From the human T2T-CHM13v2.0 reference genome, Homo sapiens: a stretch of DNA of 64,000 nucleotides. The DNA lies in the NCBI RefSeq assembly GCF_009914755.1, contig NC_060925.1. One strand, given 5' to 3'. Below the pieces are notes generated by a model. It was not told the DNA's origin, ran no database searches, and worked only from the letters and a program-made list of their open reading frames with translations. The position numbers and the translations under genes were made by a program. Below are positions 41,144 to 57,023 of the stretch, piece after piece (the stretch's first letter is position 1; every line of letters begins with the position of its first letter).

Positions 41144-42368
41144 GTGAGGGGCGGGCCCGTCGTTACTTTTTATTTGATGTTAGTCCCAGAAACAACCAGA
41201 GCTCAGTTCCTACTAAACTAACGGGTGTTTTCTGGTGCAGCATAGACCGAAGAAGACGAGCTTGAGCTGAAATTGTTCAAGTTAGGCATACATTTATGTG
41301 TGATTTTTGGAAAGGCGGTGGTAATGTGGTTTATTTGGCTGCAGATGCTTGTCAGCTTTTTACACATCTCCGTTGCCAAACGTTTCTTAACCAAATCCAA
41401 AACCATGAATGAAAAGGTAAAAATATCACACCTAATCCAAAATTCAAAGGAAAAGAGCAGCGCATATATAGCACTACGCATGCATAACGCCATCATTGTT
41501 CCCTTTAAAAGTTCAAGGAACGTTTTACTTAATTCATTGAAGTTGGGAGCCATTTCTGTTTATTTTTGTTTAATCTCTGCCTCGTGGAACTGTGATGTCC
41601 ACAAATAGTTTATTTTAACAAAACGAAGTGTGTAAAATTTAACAGAGTACTTTTAGTACCTACTCACTCTGCTCAGCATCGTGGTGCTGCAAATAAATGA
41701 GAAACCAGATGAGTAATTATAGGTTAATCTTTGCTACTCGTTAGACAGAGTATTACTGCATATATATTAAGTCATTTATATACTTTATCCCACCTAGGAG
41801 CTCAAACTATGTAGTTGGAAAGTGTCTTCATCTCTCGTTAATGAATAAATTGTAACTGAAATTGTACTTCGAAAGAATGATAGAATTTGGATATTGGAGG
41901 AGGTTCCAAAAGGAAATACTGGAAGTTTGGGAAAGTTAGGAGACTAACTTGGAGCAGAAATTTCATTCAATTATTAAAGGGTTTAGAAGCCTAGCAGAAA
42001 AATTTGAATTTGATGTGGTGGGTAAGGTGAGTAATTGAAGTATTTTCATACAAATATTATATGATGCGTTAAGTGTTTTTATAAGGATTAATCTGATAGC
42101 AGAGTGCCAAACATTAGAGAAGAGAGGAACAAGTGATAATAATTATGAAGATACTTTACACCTACGCTTTCTATTGCAATACTCTCTAATTCAGATGCAG
42201 CTTTTTTGGAAAAGTGACTTTTTCTGAAGTCTTTCTTTGGTCCAGTCCTTTTATGAACAGTTTTTAAGGCTGTGACTTAGATGAAAATGTAGAATGCATA
42301 TTTATGCTGAAGGGAACATCTAATATGTGATGCATCAGAATCTGGATTCCAAAAGATCCCAGCTCTGT

Positions 42369-42664
42369 GGCCTGGCAAGGTGGCTTATGCTTGTATCCCA
42401 GCACTTTGGGAGGTTGAGGTGGGAGGATCACTTGAGCCCAGAAGTTCAAGACCAGACTGGGCAACATAGTGAGACCCTATCTCCACACACACACAAATTA
42501 ACAGGGCGTGGTAGTGTGTTCCTGCTGTCGTCCTGGCTACTTGAGAGGCTGAGGCAGGAGGATAGCTTGAGCCTGGGAGGTCGAGGCTGCAGTGAGCTGT
42601 GATTGTGCCACACTGCACTCCAGCCTGGATGACAAACTGAGACCCTGCCTCAAAGAAAAAAAAA
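42369..42664 (+). mobile_element. AluJ in NUF2 intron 1 (sense)
   Basis: Dimeric Alu with J-type GAGGCTGCAGTGAGCTGTGAT. Confidence 0.9.
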
Positions 42665-43794
42665 TAGACAAAACGTCCTAGCTCTAAAAGGAAAGCTTGC
42701 AATCATGAAATTTAATAGTAGAAAGTACAAATCCTTGCTTAAGTTTCAAATAATCAATTTATACAACAAGAACACAAGTGACACAGCAGATGGTGACCAA
42801 AAAAAAAGAGAGGGAAAGGGGGAAAAAAAGAACAGGGAGAAGCCGCCTTGATGCAAGACGGTCATGATGAAGTTCTTGGAGTTTCAGTTGATCAGTAAGT
42901 GCTACAGCAGAGGCCATTAATACTGTGCCCTAGACCAACCATATCTGGAGTGTCGTGTTCAGTTTGGGCACTACATTTTAAGAAGACATTTACAAAATAG
43001 TGTGTGTTAGAGGAAGATGAATAAGATGGTAGTTTCTAAAACAATGTCATATAAGGAGTATTTTGAAGTTACATATAGCCATACATAAAGAAATTATACT
43101 TACTTTAAAGAAGGGAGGGCTTAGCAGAGGTGTAATAGCTTTCTTCATGTTTTTGAAAATGGTGTCATGTAAACAGAGATTAATATATTCTATTTAGTTG
43201 CAGTGACTACATAGGACCAGGAGGTAAAATTACCACAAAACATATTTCCACACACTATGAGGAAGAGTTATTTAATTTGGAACCATAATAAAGTGGGAAA
43301 AAGTTGCATTGAGAGTGAATTCTGTGATGTTGTCACATGTTCAAGTTGAATTGGGAAGTTATTTGTTAGTGGTTGTTTAGAATTGCTTCCATTTATTAGA
43401 GGTTAGGCAAGTTGCCAAAGCTCCCCTTTTTAACCCTAAAATTCTAAAAAAAATTAGGAGCCTAAAGAAATAGATTATCAGAATTGTGGCCCATTTCAAT
43501 TTGTTTGCAAAATTGAATATATTCACATTGGGTCTCCGAGATCATTTTGCTTCACTGGAGAGTAGGGGATCTGAAGGTAACACAACAGGTATTTAAGGGA
43601 GTGGCTGAGAGCAATAACAGTGGCTGCTATTGCTGCTCATTTCTCTCTTGCTGTTACTACTGCTATTTTTCTGGTTACAGGGAGAGATATGAAGAAAATG
43701 AAAAGATCCTTACTTACCGGAATCTCACAATGTGGTGTCAGAGTTCTTTAAACATAATTCCAGTACATTGCAACAAGTATTATAACAGGGGTAA

Positions 43795-44325
<531 letters not shown>

Positions 44326-44975
44326 CGCTAGGGGGACACAGGTAGGAATAACTCACTACGTGAAGACATTAGGAGAAATGGTTTTTTGTTTTCTTAAAAT
44401 TCTCACTCTGGTGATAGGATTTCCTATCAATTATATCATCTATTCTTACTCAGTTTTTTTTCTCTCTTCTATTTGCATCTACAACCTTATTAGCCATCTC
44501 ACTATATATGTAATGAATAGGATGTCAAAACTGAATACAATTTTTTATGCCCTATATTACTGTTGTTTACATATAGCTTCTGCTGATGATGTTGCCTATA
44601 TGCCTTGCTTTGAGAATTAATTATTAGGATTGGTCTTGTTAAGCTCCGTGGCCCTCAAATGTAAAAGAGAAGCACGTGGTTTCTCATCTATCTATTCAAC
44701 CAAAGTCCTCCTTCCCAAATGTGTTGTTCTCTTCCTACAAAAGAGAACGACACTAGAAAATTAGCAGAAAATAACTGTGTCACCTTAGAATAAAAGTAAT
44801 TTTAGGATACATATATAAATACTTGTCTTTATCTTACTAAGATATTTGATGATAGTTAACACTACTATGAATAGTTCAACTTTGGCTCATTTTGTCATTA
44901 TGTTTATTAGTTTCCAGATAATGAGAACTACTGATCATGTGGTATTTCTCATTGTTTTTTCTTCCTTCAGATTAA

Positions 44976-45170
<195 letters not shown>

Positions 45171-46042
45171 TAGGTCTATTGTGTGGCAAGAAAGGGATAT
45201 GGCCTCCTATTTGATGGAGACCAGTCATTTTCATTGAGAGAGAATCTCTCACCTAGCATAATTTAAAAATAACACTAAGTTTATATGTGTGGTGACTTCT
45301 ACATTCCCATTAGGATTCAATTCTTTAATATAGTCGTTTTCTTAAAAAAAAAAAAAGCTTCTAAACCATATTAAAGTATATTAAATTTTTTATTATTATT
45401 ATTGGAATGGTGGTCTGAGAGTATCATTTATTGATAGGGCTTGAAGGAACTTATTCCAAGTGGTTTTCAACCACAAAAAATGCTTAGAAATAATCCTCTT
45501 TGGAAGCCTACAGATTAATTTTCATGCATTATGCCCCAGGGGGAATTGACTTGTTTTGACAGGTATTGTTTTTTATATCTTTAGTTATTAAATACAAAAT
45601 GAACTATTTATGTGTCACAGAAAATCCCAAAGTCTCCTTCCAGTTTCTTGTGTTGGACTTGAAGTGATAACGTAGTAAAACCTGGTGTAATGGTGTAGAA
45701 CTCAAACTTTCTGATGTCACTACCCTCTTTGATTCTCGAAAATGGAAGAAATACCTTAGAATAACTGATGTCTTCAAACTGAGTAAATTCAGCTTTCTTA
45801 AAAGATTACCACGTTTTCCCTATATTTCCCGTCTTAATGCTCACCCAATAAACTTGTATTAATATATGGATCAGAACAGATTCACAGGTTAGCATTTAGG
45901 AACTGCTGTTTTAGAAGATCCGGTTTTTAAAATTCTATATAACCCTATTACATTTATACCTCCTGATCAAGTGTTCCCTTAAACTTCAAATCTAAGGAAA
46001 CCTTAATATCTATGGCAGCAAACAAGGTTTCCTGTGTTCTTT

Positions 46043-46045
<3 letters not shown>

Positions 46046-46074
<29 letters not shown>
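46046..46074. repeat. (CA)n microsatellite, NUF2 intron 2
   Basis: About 14 uninterrupted CA units. Confidence 0.92.
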
Positions 46075-46419
46075 TTTTCCATGTGCCATTATTTCTGCCA
46101 CATGCCTGACAGCCTGTTCTGAAAGATTAACTCTTCTTCTTCCATTTCCTAAGGTGGATGGGTTGCTTGGATTGGATTTGGGTATACTTGCTCTCATTCT
46201 TAAACAGCTGATCCCATTGACCACTTATATATGAGCAAACTAAGCATCATAAGGTGTTTTAAAATTTGGAAAAATTAAGGAATATTTCAAGGGAAATGGA
46301 ATAATTTTGTTGCCTTTTTCTTCTTTGCTTTCATCGATTATAATATTGTATGGTAATGATGATAGTGACATAGCTTTAGAGTTATGCATCGGAGTATTCA
46401 AAGTTGTTTTTTGCTGTAG

Positions 46420-46494
46420 CCTGAAGTCTTGCACATGATCTACATGAGAGCCTTACAAATAGTATATGGAATTCGACTGGAACATTTTTACATG
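46420..46494 (+). CDS. NUF2: NUF2 exon 3 (75 nt, aa 42-66)
   Basis: ttgctgtag|CCT...ATG|gtgagt; translates PEVLHMIYMRALQIVYGIRLEHFYM (calponin-homology domain). Confidence 0.97.
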
Positions 46495-47159
46495 GTGAGT
46501 TTAAGATGAGGCAAAATTATGGGGTTTTTTTTGTTTGTTTGTTTGTTTTGTTTTGCTGCAGTTCTGCTTACAATGCATACTGGCTTTTAGGATAGGAAGT
46601 TCTTGACTTTATTTTTAACAAATTCAAAGACATATAAAATTAGTGTCACTTACAATGGGATCTTATGCACAATAATGGTTTATATCCATAGCTTTAGTAA
46701 GATGAAAACCATAGTAAAAGACTTAAATGACACAGATCATTGATGCAATGCAATTGTTATAGATTTATAGGTTTGTTTTCAGAGACTACAATAAACAATA
46801 GCTAAGTCTTCATATTGTTCTCTTTTCAGGAAGAACTCCCAAATTAGAGTAGAAGATATGCAGTAAGATTGAAACAATTGAAATGAGACAACTGAGCTTT
46901 TAGCAAATTATTTGCATAATACCTGATATTTAGTAAATGCTAACCTTATTCCATTTTTAAAATTCATTTAAAAATCTTTATTAAGCACCTACTGTGAACC
47001 TAGCATTAATAATGATGAAAACTCTGCATTTATACTAAGATATGTATTAAGGTTTTTAATTTAATGATAGTGAGTTAATATATTTTGATCTTGGTTGAAG
47101 ATTTTTCTCATTTTGTCTAATCAATGTGTAATGTCGATTTTGTGGTTTATTGCATTTAG

Positions 47160-47236
47160 ATGCCAGTGAACTCTGAAGTCATGTATCCACATTTAATGGA
47201 AGGCTTCTTACCATTCAGCAATTTAGTTACTCATCT
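47160..47236 (+). CDS. NUF2: NUF2 exon 4 (77 nt)
   Basis: catttag|ATG...CT|gtgagt; translates MPVNSEVMYPHLMEGFLPFSNLVTH(L); ends in phase 2. Confidence 0.97.
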
Positions 47237-47754
47237 GTGAGTAAAGAGTGATTTTATTGTCTTCGTCTACATTCGTATTTATATTACATTAAGTTTTCTT
47301 AATGACATGGTTTTCTTTGGTAAGGAATACCTACTATGTTCCTTTTCATTTCATCCCATATACATTCATTCAAACTTTCAAAATTGTAGACTGTCATCAA
47401 ACAGAACTGCCTCCAACTGTGCCACTTTCTCAGCATATTTTCAATTGAACTTCTAAGATACTGTAAGTCGAAAATTGTTTACCGTCTTTGTGAAGAGGTT
47501 TGAGTTCTTAAAAGAGTCTTAGTGTCACCAAGTTTATGTACTATTTATTAGAATCTGTAACTATACTTTAGTATTGCATGACTACATGATTAATATACAG
47601 AAAAAATAGATTTCAGTGCTATAGGGTTATACATTATAGTAGAATTCTGGCTTCGTCCACTGACCTTAAGAAATATATCCAGAAATCTCTTTCTGAAAAT
47701 AAGATGTTTATATCCTATAGCTTAGCATTTAATGTGCAAAATACTTTTCAATAG

Positions 47755-47844
<90 letters not shown>

Positions 47845-48321
47845 TGAGAATTTAAAACAGTTTTAATGTCTGGCTTCGATCTACCATTTCACCTTTCCAT
47901 CAGTAAATGTAAAAAAAAAAAAAAAAGGAAAAAAACAACTTCAAGGAAATTGCCTTTAAAAAGTATATCCCATTTTTAAGTATGAATTTTTAATATCTTG
48001 TTGAATTTCTTTTTTTCCTTTTGAGAGCCACAGAAAAGCTGTTTTTCTGATGTTTTTTTAAAACTCCTTCCATTTAAAAAGTGTTCTATAAATTTGGGAA
48101 TATGACTACAAGTAATATGTAAGTATGATTTTGCATAGTGGATTCATCATACCAATTTTATCAAATGTAAGAATTACTATTTACCATATAGAAATTATCT
48201 TTTATCATTAAAAGAATAGTCATAATGTTATATTAGAATGTAAAATTCTAGCTTTAATTGTCCTTAAATTCGACTTTGATATTTATCCATCAAGTTACTG
48301 TAAGTTAAGAGATTTGGTGTG

Positions 48322-48612
48322 TGTATTAGGCTATTCTTGTATTGCTATAAAGAAATACCTGAGACTGGGTAATTTATAAAGAAAAGGGATTTAATTGGCT
48401 CACAGTTGTGCAGGTTATACAGGAAGCATGATGCTGGCATTTGCTTGCTTTTGGGGAGGCCTCTGGAAGCTTAGTCATGACAGAAGGCAAATGGGGAGCA
48501 GACATGTCACATAGCCAGAGGGAGCAAAAGCACAATGGGGAAGGTGCCACACACTTTTAAGTGACCAGATCTTGTGAGAACTCACTCACTGTAGACAGGA
48601 CAGCATCAACCA
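48322..48612 (-). mobile_element. MST-type LTR fragment
   Basis: TGTATTAGG...GCTATAAAGAAATACCTGAGACTGGG. Confidence 0.8.
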
Positions 48613-51336
48613 TACTCTTAACTTTACAATCCAGCAATCATGCTCCTTGGTATTTAGCCAAATGAATCGAAAGCTTATATTCACACAAAAACTTAAACAC
48701 AGATGTTTAGAGCAACTTTATTCATAATTACCAGAATTTGAAAGTAGCCTTGGTGAATGAATAAACTGTAGTACATCTAGAGAATAGAAGTTATTCAACA
48801 CTACAAGGAAATTAGCTAGCAAGCTATGAGAAGACATAGAGGAATATTAAATGCATATTATTAAGTGAAAGAAGCCAGTCTGCAAAGCCTACACAGCTAT
48901 ATATCATTCTGGAAAGGGCAATATTGTGGAGACAGTGAAAAGATCAGTGGAAACCACTGGTTAGGGGTGAGGGAGGGATGAATAGGATCCCTTTAGCACT
49001 AAGGATTTTTAGGGCAGTAACAATACTCTGTATGCTACTCTAATGGTAGATACTTGTCATTATGCATGTGTTGAAACTCAGAATGTACAGTACCAGGAGT
49101 GAACTCTAATGTAAACTGAATTTGGGATGATAATGATGTGTCAGTGCAAGTTCATCAGTTGTAACAAATATACCACTCAGGTGAAGGAAGTTGGTGGAGA
49201 GGAGTTTGTACATGTGTGGGGACCCAAGGTATATGGGAACTATCTACTTCCTGTTTAGATTTACTTTGAACTTAAAACTCCTTTCAAAAAGGAAGTCTAT
49301 TAAAAATTAATTGACTGTATATTTGTCTATTTTTGAGCTCGCTATTCTACTCCATTGATCTTTATGTCTATCTTTATGTCAAGCAGTACTTTGATTATTT
49401 AGCTTTACAGTAAATTTTGAAATCAGTGTTACTCCTCTTTCTTCATCTTTGTCAAGATTATTTTGGCTATTCTGGTCCTTTGCATCTCTATATGTATTTT
49501 AGTATTTCCAGCTTGTCACTTTCTACCCTTCTTCCCCTGAAAAAGCCATTTTGATTGAGATTACTTTTAATGTATTGTTCATTTGGGGGATATTTGACAA
49601 TTTAATAATATTGGGTCTTCTGATCCATATGCATGCTATATCTCTGCATTTATTAAGGCTGTTAAATTTCTCATAATGATGTACTATAAATTTCAGAGTG
49701 CAGACCTTGTATAATAAATTTTGTTAAATTTATGCCTAAATCAAATTTTTAGTGGTTCTGTAAATTTAATTTAAATTTTCTGATTAGTCATTGTTAGTGT
49801 AGACAAGTACAATTGATTTTTATATATTGACTTTGCTAAAATCACTTATTATTTGAGTAGATTTTTTTTTTTTGTAGATTCCTTAGGATTTTCCTTATTG
49901 ACAATTCTCAATTTTTGTTTGAGGACAAAATTTTTTTCTAATAGAGATGCCTTTTATTCTTTTTTTTTTTTTTTACGTTTCTGCACTGGCTGGGACTTTT
50001 AGTATAATGTCGAATTGAAATGATGAGAGCAGTCATCATTACCTTGTTTCTGATCTTGGGGGAAACCATTTAGTCTTTCATTATTAAGTATTCGTTGTAG
50101 GATTTTTCTTAGATGTTTTTTATCAGAATGTACAACTTTTACTTTATTTCACTGAGAGTTTTTATCATGAAGGGTATTAAATGCCTTTTCGGCCTCTAGT
50201 GAGATAATCATGGGTTTTCTCTTTTTTAATCTACCAAATTACATTACTTGATTTTTGAATATCAAGCCAACCTTGCATTCAGGATGTGTCCTGATTGGTT
50301 ATGATATATTTTTAATATATTGCTAGATTTGATTTGCTAATATTTTATTAAGTTTTTTTGTCTGTGTTCATGATGGATATTGTTCTGTAGTTTTTTTGCA
50401 ATGTCACTGCAGTGACTGATCTGAATATCAGGATATACCAGTCTCATACAATACATTTGGAAAGATTCCCGCTTCCATTTTTGGGAATTGTTTTATAAAA
50501 TTTGTATTATTTATTTCTTTTTTGAATATTTGGTAGAATTTACCAGTGGATCTATCTTGGATTGCAGTTTTCTCTCTGGGATAAATTAAGAATTCAAAGT
50601 CTTTAATAGGTTAAGGGCTATTCTGGTTGTTTATTGTCAAAACTCCTGAGTGAGCTTTGGTGATTTATTTTTTTAAAGGAATTTTTAGGTTGGCAAATTT
50701 GTTAACATAAAATTGTTCATTATATTCCCATATTATTTTAATGTTATTGGGGTAGGTAATAACATCTTCTCTATCATTTCTGTCATTAATAATTTGTTTA
50801 TTCTTTTTTTTTCCTAACCAGTCTGGTTATCAGCTTATCACTTTTCAAAGAACTAGCTTTTGACTTAATTGACTTTTCTATATTTCTGGTTTTTGATTAT
50901 TATTGAATTTTGAGCTTATTGTTATTCTTTCTTCATGGTTATTTTGGGTTTCATTTACTCTTTTTTTCTAGTTTTGTTTTTTTTAAGGCAGTAAGCCAAG
51001 TCCATTAATTAGATACCTTTCTTCTTTCCTAATATAGGTATTTATTGCTGTAAATTTCCCTCTAGCACTGCTTTAGCTGCATCCCCCAAACCTTGATATG
51101 TTGTATTTTCATTTTTATTGGGTTCAAGATATTTTCTAATTTCCCTTTTGATTTCTTTTTTCATGTATGGGTTATTTATAAGTGTGTTGTCTGCTTTCCA
51201 AATATTTGGGGATTTTCCCACAATTTTTTCTGTTACTGATTTGTAAGTTATTTCTTTTGTGATCAGAGAATATACTTTGTATCATTTGAATCCATTTAAA
51301 TGTATTCACACTTATTTTATGGCCCAGAATATGGTC

Positions 51337-51841
51337 TATATTTGTTCACTATGGTGGCTGTAATAAATCACCACAAACTTGGTGACTTAAGATAACATAC
51401 ATTTATTCTCCTATAGTTCTAGTGGTTAGAAGTTCAAAATTGGTTTCACTGAGCCAAAACCAAGGTGTTACTAAGGTTGCACTCCTTCAGATGGCTCTAG
51501 GAGAGAGTCAGTTTCTTTGCCTTTTCTAGCTTCTAGGGTTGCATTTCTCAGCTCATGACCTTTCTGTCTTTGAAGCCAGCAGTGTAGCATATTTAAATCT
51601 GTTTCTACTTTCATGATCACATTGCTTTCTATTTTCTGTGTATAGTCCAATCTCTCTCTACTTTCCTCTTATAAAGACACTTGTGATTGCATTTAGGGCC
51701 CACCTAGATATTCTAGAATAATTTTCTCATTTCAAGATCTTCAATTATACTTATAAAGCCACTTTGCAAATAAGATAACATGCACAAATTCCAAGGAGTA
51801 GGACCTGAACATCTTTGGGTGCTATTATTCAGCCCACCACA
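51337..51841 (-). mobile_element. MLT1C/D-like LTR, TSD TGGTC
   Basis: CACCACAAACTTGGTGACTTAA...ATTCAGCCCACCACA flanked by TGGTC. Confidence 0.8.
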
Positions 51842-53426
51842 TGGTCTACCCTTGTAAAAGTTCCATGAGCGCTGTTGTTGATGAGTGGAGTGTTTTAAAC
51901 ATGTTAATTGGATCCAGTTGGTTAATAGCGTTGTTCAAGCCTACTGGGTCCTTACAGACTTTTTTCCTGGTTGTTCTTTGAACTGTTGATAGAGAGATGT
52001 TAAAATCTTCAGCTATGATTGTGAGTTTGTCTGTTTTGTCTGTTCTTTTAATTTTTGTTTTATGTACCTTGAAGCTCTAGTTTTAGAAGTGTACACATTT
52101 AGAATTGCTATATCCTCTTGATGACATAGTCTTTGTTCTGAAATATACTTGATTTTATATTAACATAGCTACTTCAGGTTTCTTTTCATTAGTATTACCA
52201 TGCCATATCATCCTTGTAACTTGTGCCTTTGGATTCAAAACGGGTTTCTTGTAGACAGCATATGGTTGGGTCTTGCTTTTTAAATTCAACATCACTATCT
52301 CGGTCTTTTAATCGGAGTCTTAGACCATTTACATTTAATGTTATTATTGATATGATTGGGCTTAAATCCACCTTTATACTATTTGTTTTCTCTTTGTCCT
52401 GTTCTTTAGTCCTGTTTTCTCCATTTCCTGCCTTATTTTGGTCTATTAAAATAAATTTTATTTTATATAATACTATATATGAAAAAGATATTCTACCTTG
52501 TCTGTTATTGGCTTATCAGCTATATGTCTTTTTAAAATGGTATTTGCTCCAAGTTTCAGTATACATGTATATATCTTTAACATACCATTGTCTATCTTCA
52601 AATATATTATACCTTACAATAATATACTTTTATTTTCTCCACTACTGGTCTTTGTGCTATTGTGTCATAAATTTTACTTTTACAGATATCATAAACACCT
52701 TAATCGATATTAGATTTGTGTGAAACAGTTATCTTTTAAAGGATTTTCTATTTTGACATTTAAAAAATACATGTAGTGGGTACAAGTCCACATTTCTTAT
52801 ATACATATATTGTGTAGTGGTGAAATCTCGGCTTTTAGTGCACCCATCACTCAAGTAGTGAACATTGTACCAAATCAGTAATTTTCCAACCCTTGTCCCT
52901 CTCCTACCCTCCCACATTTTGTAGTCTCCAGTGTCTGTTCTACTTTGTATGTCCATGTGTACCCATTATTTATTTCCCACTTATAAGTGACAATGTGCAG
53001 TATTTGACTTTCTGTTTCTGAGTTATTTCACTTAGGATAATGGCCTCAAGTTCCAACCATATTGCTGCAGAAGACATTATTTCTTCTTTTTAGTGGTTGA
53101 GTAGTGTTCTCTGGTATATGCATACCACATTTTTAAAATCCAATCCTCCACTGATTGACACAGGTTCATTTTATATGTTTGCTATTGTGAATAGTGCTAC
53201 AATAAACATACAAGTGCATTAATCTTTTTGATATAATGATTTCTTTCTTAAAGGGATTTTTTATATGAGGAAAAATGTCTTCTATATTAACTCACATTCT
53301 TGTAAGTACACCAAATTTCCATCTGGTATGATTTTTCTTAGACATGAAGGATTTTATTTAACACTTATTGTAGTGCTGTTAAAAAGCCTTTATTTCACTT
53401 TAATTTTTGAAAGGTATTTTTCTTGA

Positions 53427-53712
53427 GGCCAGGTGCAGTGACTCTCACCTGTAATCTTATCACTTTGAGAGGCCAAGGTGAGAGAATTGCTTGAGTCCAG
53501 AAGTTTGAGACCAGCCTGGGCAATATAGCAAGATCCTTTTTCTACAAAAAAAATGTTAAAAATGAGCCAGATGTGGTGATGCATACCTGTAATCCTAGCT
53601 ATTCCAGCAGCTTAGATGGGAGAATCACTGGAGAACAGGAGTTCAAGGCTGCAGGGAGCTATGATCGTGCCACTGCATCCCAGCCTGAGCAACAGAGTGA
53701 GACCTGCTTCTT
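53427..53712 (+). mobile_element. AluJ, intron 5 (sense)
   Basis: Diverged dimeric Alu. Confidence 0.88.
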
Positions 53713-53779
53713 TTTGAGAAGGAAAGAAAGAAAAATGGATAAATAAAAGGTGTTTTTCTTGAGCCCTCGGTGGATATGA

Positions 53780-54183
<404 letters not shown>

Positions 54184-55658
54184 ACTATGCCAGGTGTAAG
54201 GGACTGGTGCATCCACAGACTTGGGTTCTCTAGGCATCTTGGAACCAATATCTAGCAGATACTGAGGGACTACAGTATAGAATTCTTAGTTGACAGTTTT
54301 TTCAGTGCTTTAAATATATTGCTCCATTGTCTTCTGGCTTACATTGTTTCTGATGAGAAGTCTATTGCTTTTCTTATCTTTGTTTCTCTCTATATAATGT
54401 GTTTTGTTTTCCTCTGGCTGCTTCTAAGATTTTTTTGTCTTCTAAGCTAGTTGTTAGCCGTTTGAATATAATGTGACTTTTAGGTGATTGTTTTTGGTTT
54501 TTTTTTGTTTGTTTTTCTGTTCTTTCTTCCCTCCCCCTACACCCCTGCCCGCCATTTACGTTTGTGCACTTCCTTGGATATGGTTATTGTTTTTATACAA
54601 TTTGGAAAATATTCAACTATTCTGTAAAAGTCTTTTTGTCCCTTTTTGTAGGATTCCAATTACACATTAGTTATGCTGTTTGATATTGTCTCTCAGCTCA
54701 CAGATATTGTATTCATTTTTTTCTCTCTGGACTTTATTTTAGATAACTTCTATTATGTCTTCAACTTCATGAATCCTTTTTATTTTAGGTCTGAACTACT
54801 GTTATTCCCATCAGTGTAATTTTTATTTCAGGTATTTTTCAACTCTAAAAGCTTAATTCAGATCTTTTTTAAAAAATCTTTGCTTTTATTTCTTCATATT
54901 GCTGATTCTTTTCTCTATCCCCTTTATTTATTTATAAAGGTTGTTTTCACATTCTTATCTACTAAATCTACCATGTATGTTATTTGTGTTATGTTTTAAT
55001 ATGTTTCGTTGATTGATTGTATTTTCTTATTATGGATCATGTCCTTTTTCTTGGCATGTCTGGTTATTTTTAGCAGATGCCAGACATTGTGAATTTTACC
55101 TGTTGGTTAACTGAGAACCTGAGGGGATTCCTCTACAGATTTCCAGAACTCTTTCTCTTTACAGCTTCCTCATCTTAATACTCAGTTCCATAAATCCTAG
55201 TTGCTTTGGCTTCTGCAAACTCTAAACTCTGTCTTCTTGACCCAGCAAGATGTACAAGTTTTATTTGTGTTCTCTTTCTCTGGAGTACAGCCTGTAAACT
55301 CTTCAGTCATGGACTGGTGCAGTAATGGAATTCACCTCATTTGTTTCTCTTGGAGATTGCTGTCCTATATTGCCTGTTATCCAGCATCTAAAATTTGTTG
55401 CTTCATGTATTTTTGTTTTTCTAGTTTTTTAATATGGGAGGGTAATTCTGGTTTCTGTTATTTCTTCATGACCAAAAGTGGTTTACCTTTTTTTTTAAAG
55501 TTATTAATAGAAAGATAATTTTTACCTTTAAGTTAGAGCAGATTTTCTACACTTTGTTATATCCTATACAGTTTTATTTTATATATTATGAGCAGAATAT
55601 ATAGTGGAAGAGGATGAATTTTCATTTTCATATTATGTTAGTTCAAAGGTTTATTTAA

Positions 55659-55838
<180 letters not shown>

Positions 55839-56949
55839 TAATCTGTTTTGAAATGATTGTCATAGACAGCAAATTGCTGTATTGCCTTTAGAATTGAACT
55901 CATTTTTATATTTATATTAACTTGCAGATTTTAGTTACTGGATAGCATATCTCAGAATCAGATTTTCTTTGAAATTTGGTAACACTATGGAGAGGCTGAG
56001 TTCTGTTTGTTTTAAAATCTTGTAGCTGAGGCTTGTTTTCCTATATTAGGAAATGTTAGAGAATATTGATATGTTTACATTTTTTTCTTTGAAGTTTGCG
56101 TAGATAGTGTAGCTTTTATTAAATAACGGACATATTTGAGGTTTATATTTGCCTTTTAAATAATGGCATAATTGGACTGTTTGTGGTGGTGTTTATCATG
56201 CTTGCCCAGATTCAGTCCAAGGCAATCTCTTTAACAGACAGAAACTCATTTTCCTTTCATCAACAACTTAAAGAATTGGGGGAGATTATGGGTCATCTGT
56301 GTGATTTTTCCCATTTGTCTTCAATAATGGGGTACCATACTCTTAGAAAAACACCAGAGTAACTCCAAACACTTAGACCCTAGGCTTCAGCTTTACTGAG
56401 CTATATAGATCCGTACTTCTTTGCACAAATCATGCTAACCTTATAACTCCTAAACATCATATAATCTTCAAAGCTTACCACATTCATGTGCCAACATACA
56501 CACACTCTCATAATTTTGCTTGGTTAATTACTATCTTTAAGACACACCTCAGACATCTATCACCTCTATGATGTCCTATCACCCTTCTTCCCAGCCATTA
56601 CCCAAGTTGGGTTAGATGTCACTCTTGTTGGTTCCCATTATATGAAAAATAACAAGCTATTTTGTGGGTTTTTATTCTTGTATCTGGCTCCTCAAGGAGG
56701 CTTAGCTACTTAAGGTCAAGACCTATAAGTTAGTCTTCTTGAGAATTCTCAGTACCGAGCTCAGTGCCTATGATGAGAATCCAGCATTTGTGTTGAGTAA
56801 AGAAATTCCTAATTCATTTGTCATGAAGGCCTAACTCTATCTTAAATTTTTTATTTCTGATGGTTCAAACTATAGTATGAGTAAACATTTTGGACACACT
56901 GATTGTGTTGAAATGCACTAATATGAGATGATTAAAATTGCTTTAATAG

Positions 56950-57023
56950 AAATCCTCTGCGGACAAAATGCAACAGTTAAACGCCGCACACCAGGAGGCA
57001 TTAATGAAACTGGAGAGACTTGA
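56950..57023 (+). CDS. NUF2: NUF2 exon 7 (74 nt)
   Basis: tttaatag|AAA...GA|gtaagt; translates KSSADKMQQLNAAHQEALMKLERL(D); start of the coiled coil. Confidence 0.97.

Larger units (their letters stand above)
40600..41230. promoter_or_regulatory. NUF2: CpG-island-like bidirectional promoter (NUF2 on +, divergent transcript on -)
   Basis: Only CpG-dense unique stretch in the window. GC box GGGGCGGGAC at 40871-40880, ETS-like CGGAAGT at 40649-40655 and ACTTCCTG near 40715, no TATA box. Lies upstream of the first coding exon. Boundaries approximate. Confidence 0.9.

Noticed and set aside
40511-41608. Several 110-140 aa ORFs over the promoter
   Set aside because: Expected from stop-codon scarcity in a CpG island and its flank. 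No recognisable domain, and they cross splice donors and the TSS region.
52223-52723. Longest ORF in the track (166 aa, hydrophobic)
   Set aside because: T-rich antisense strand of an old L1, which gives spurious F/L/I-rich frames.
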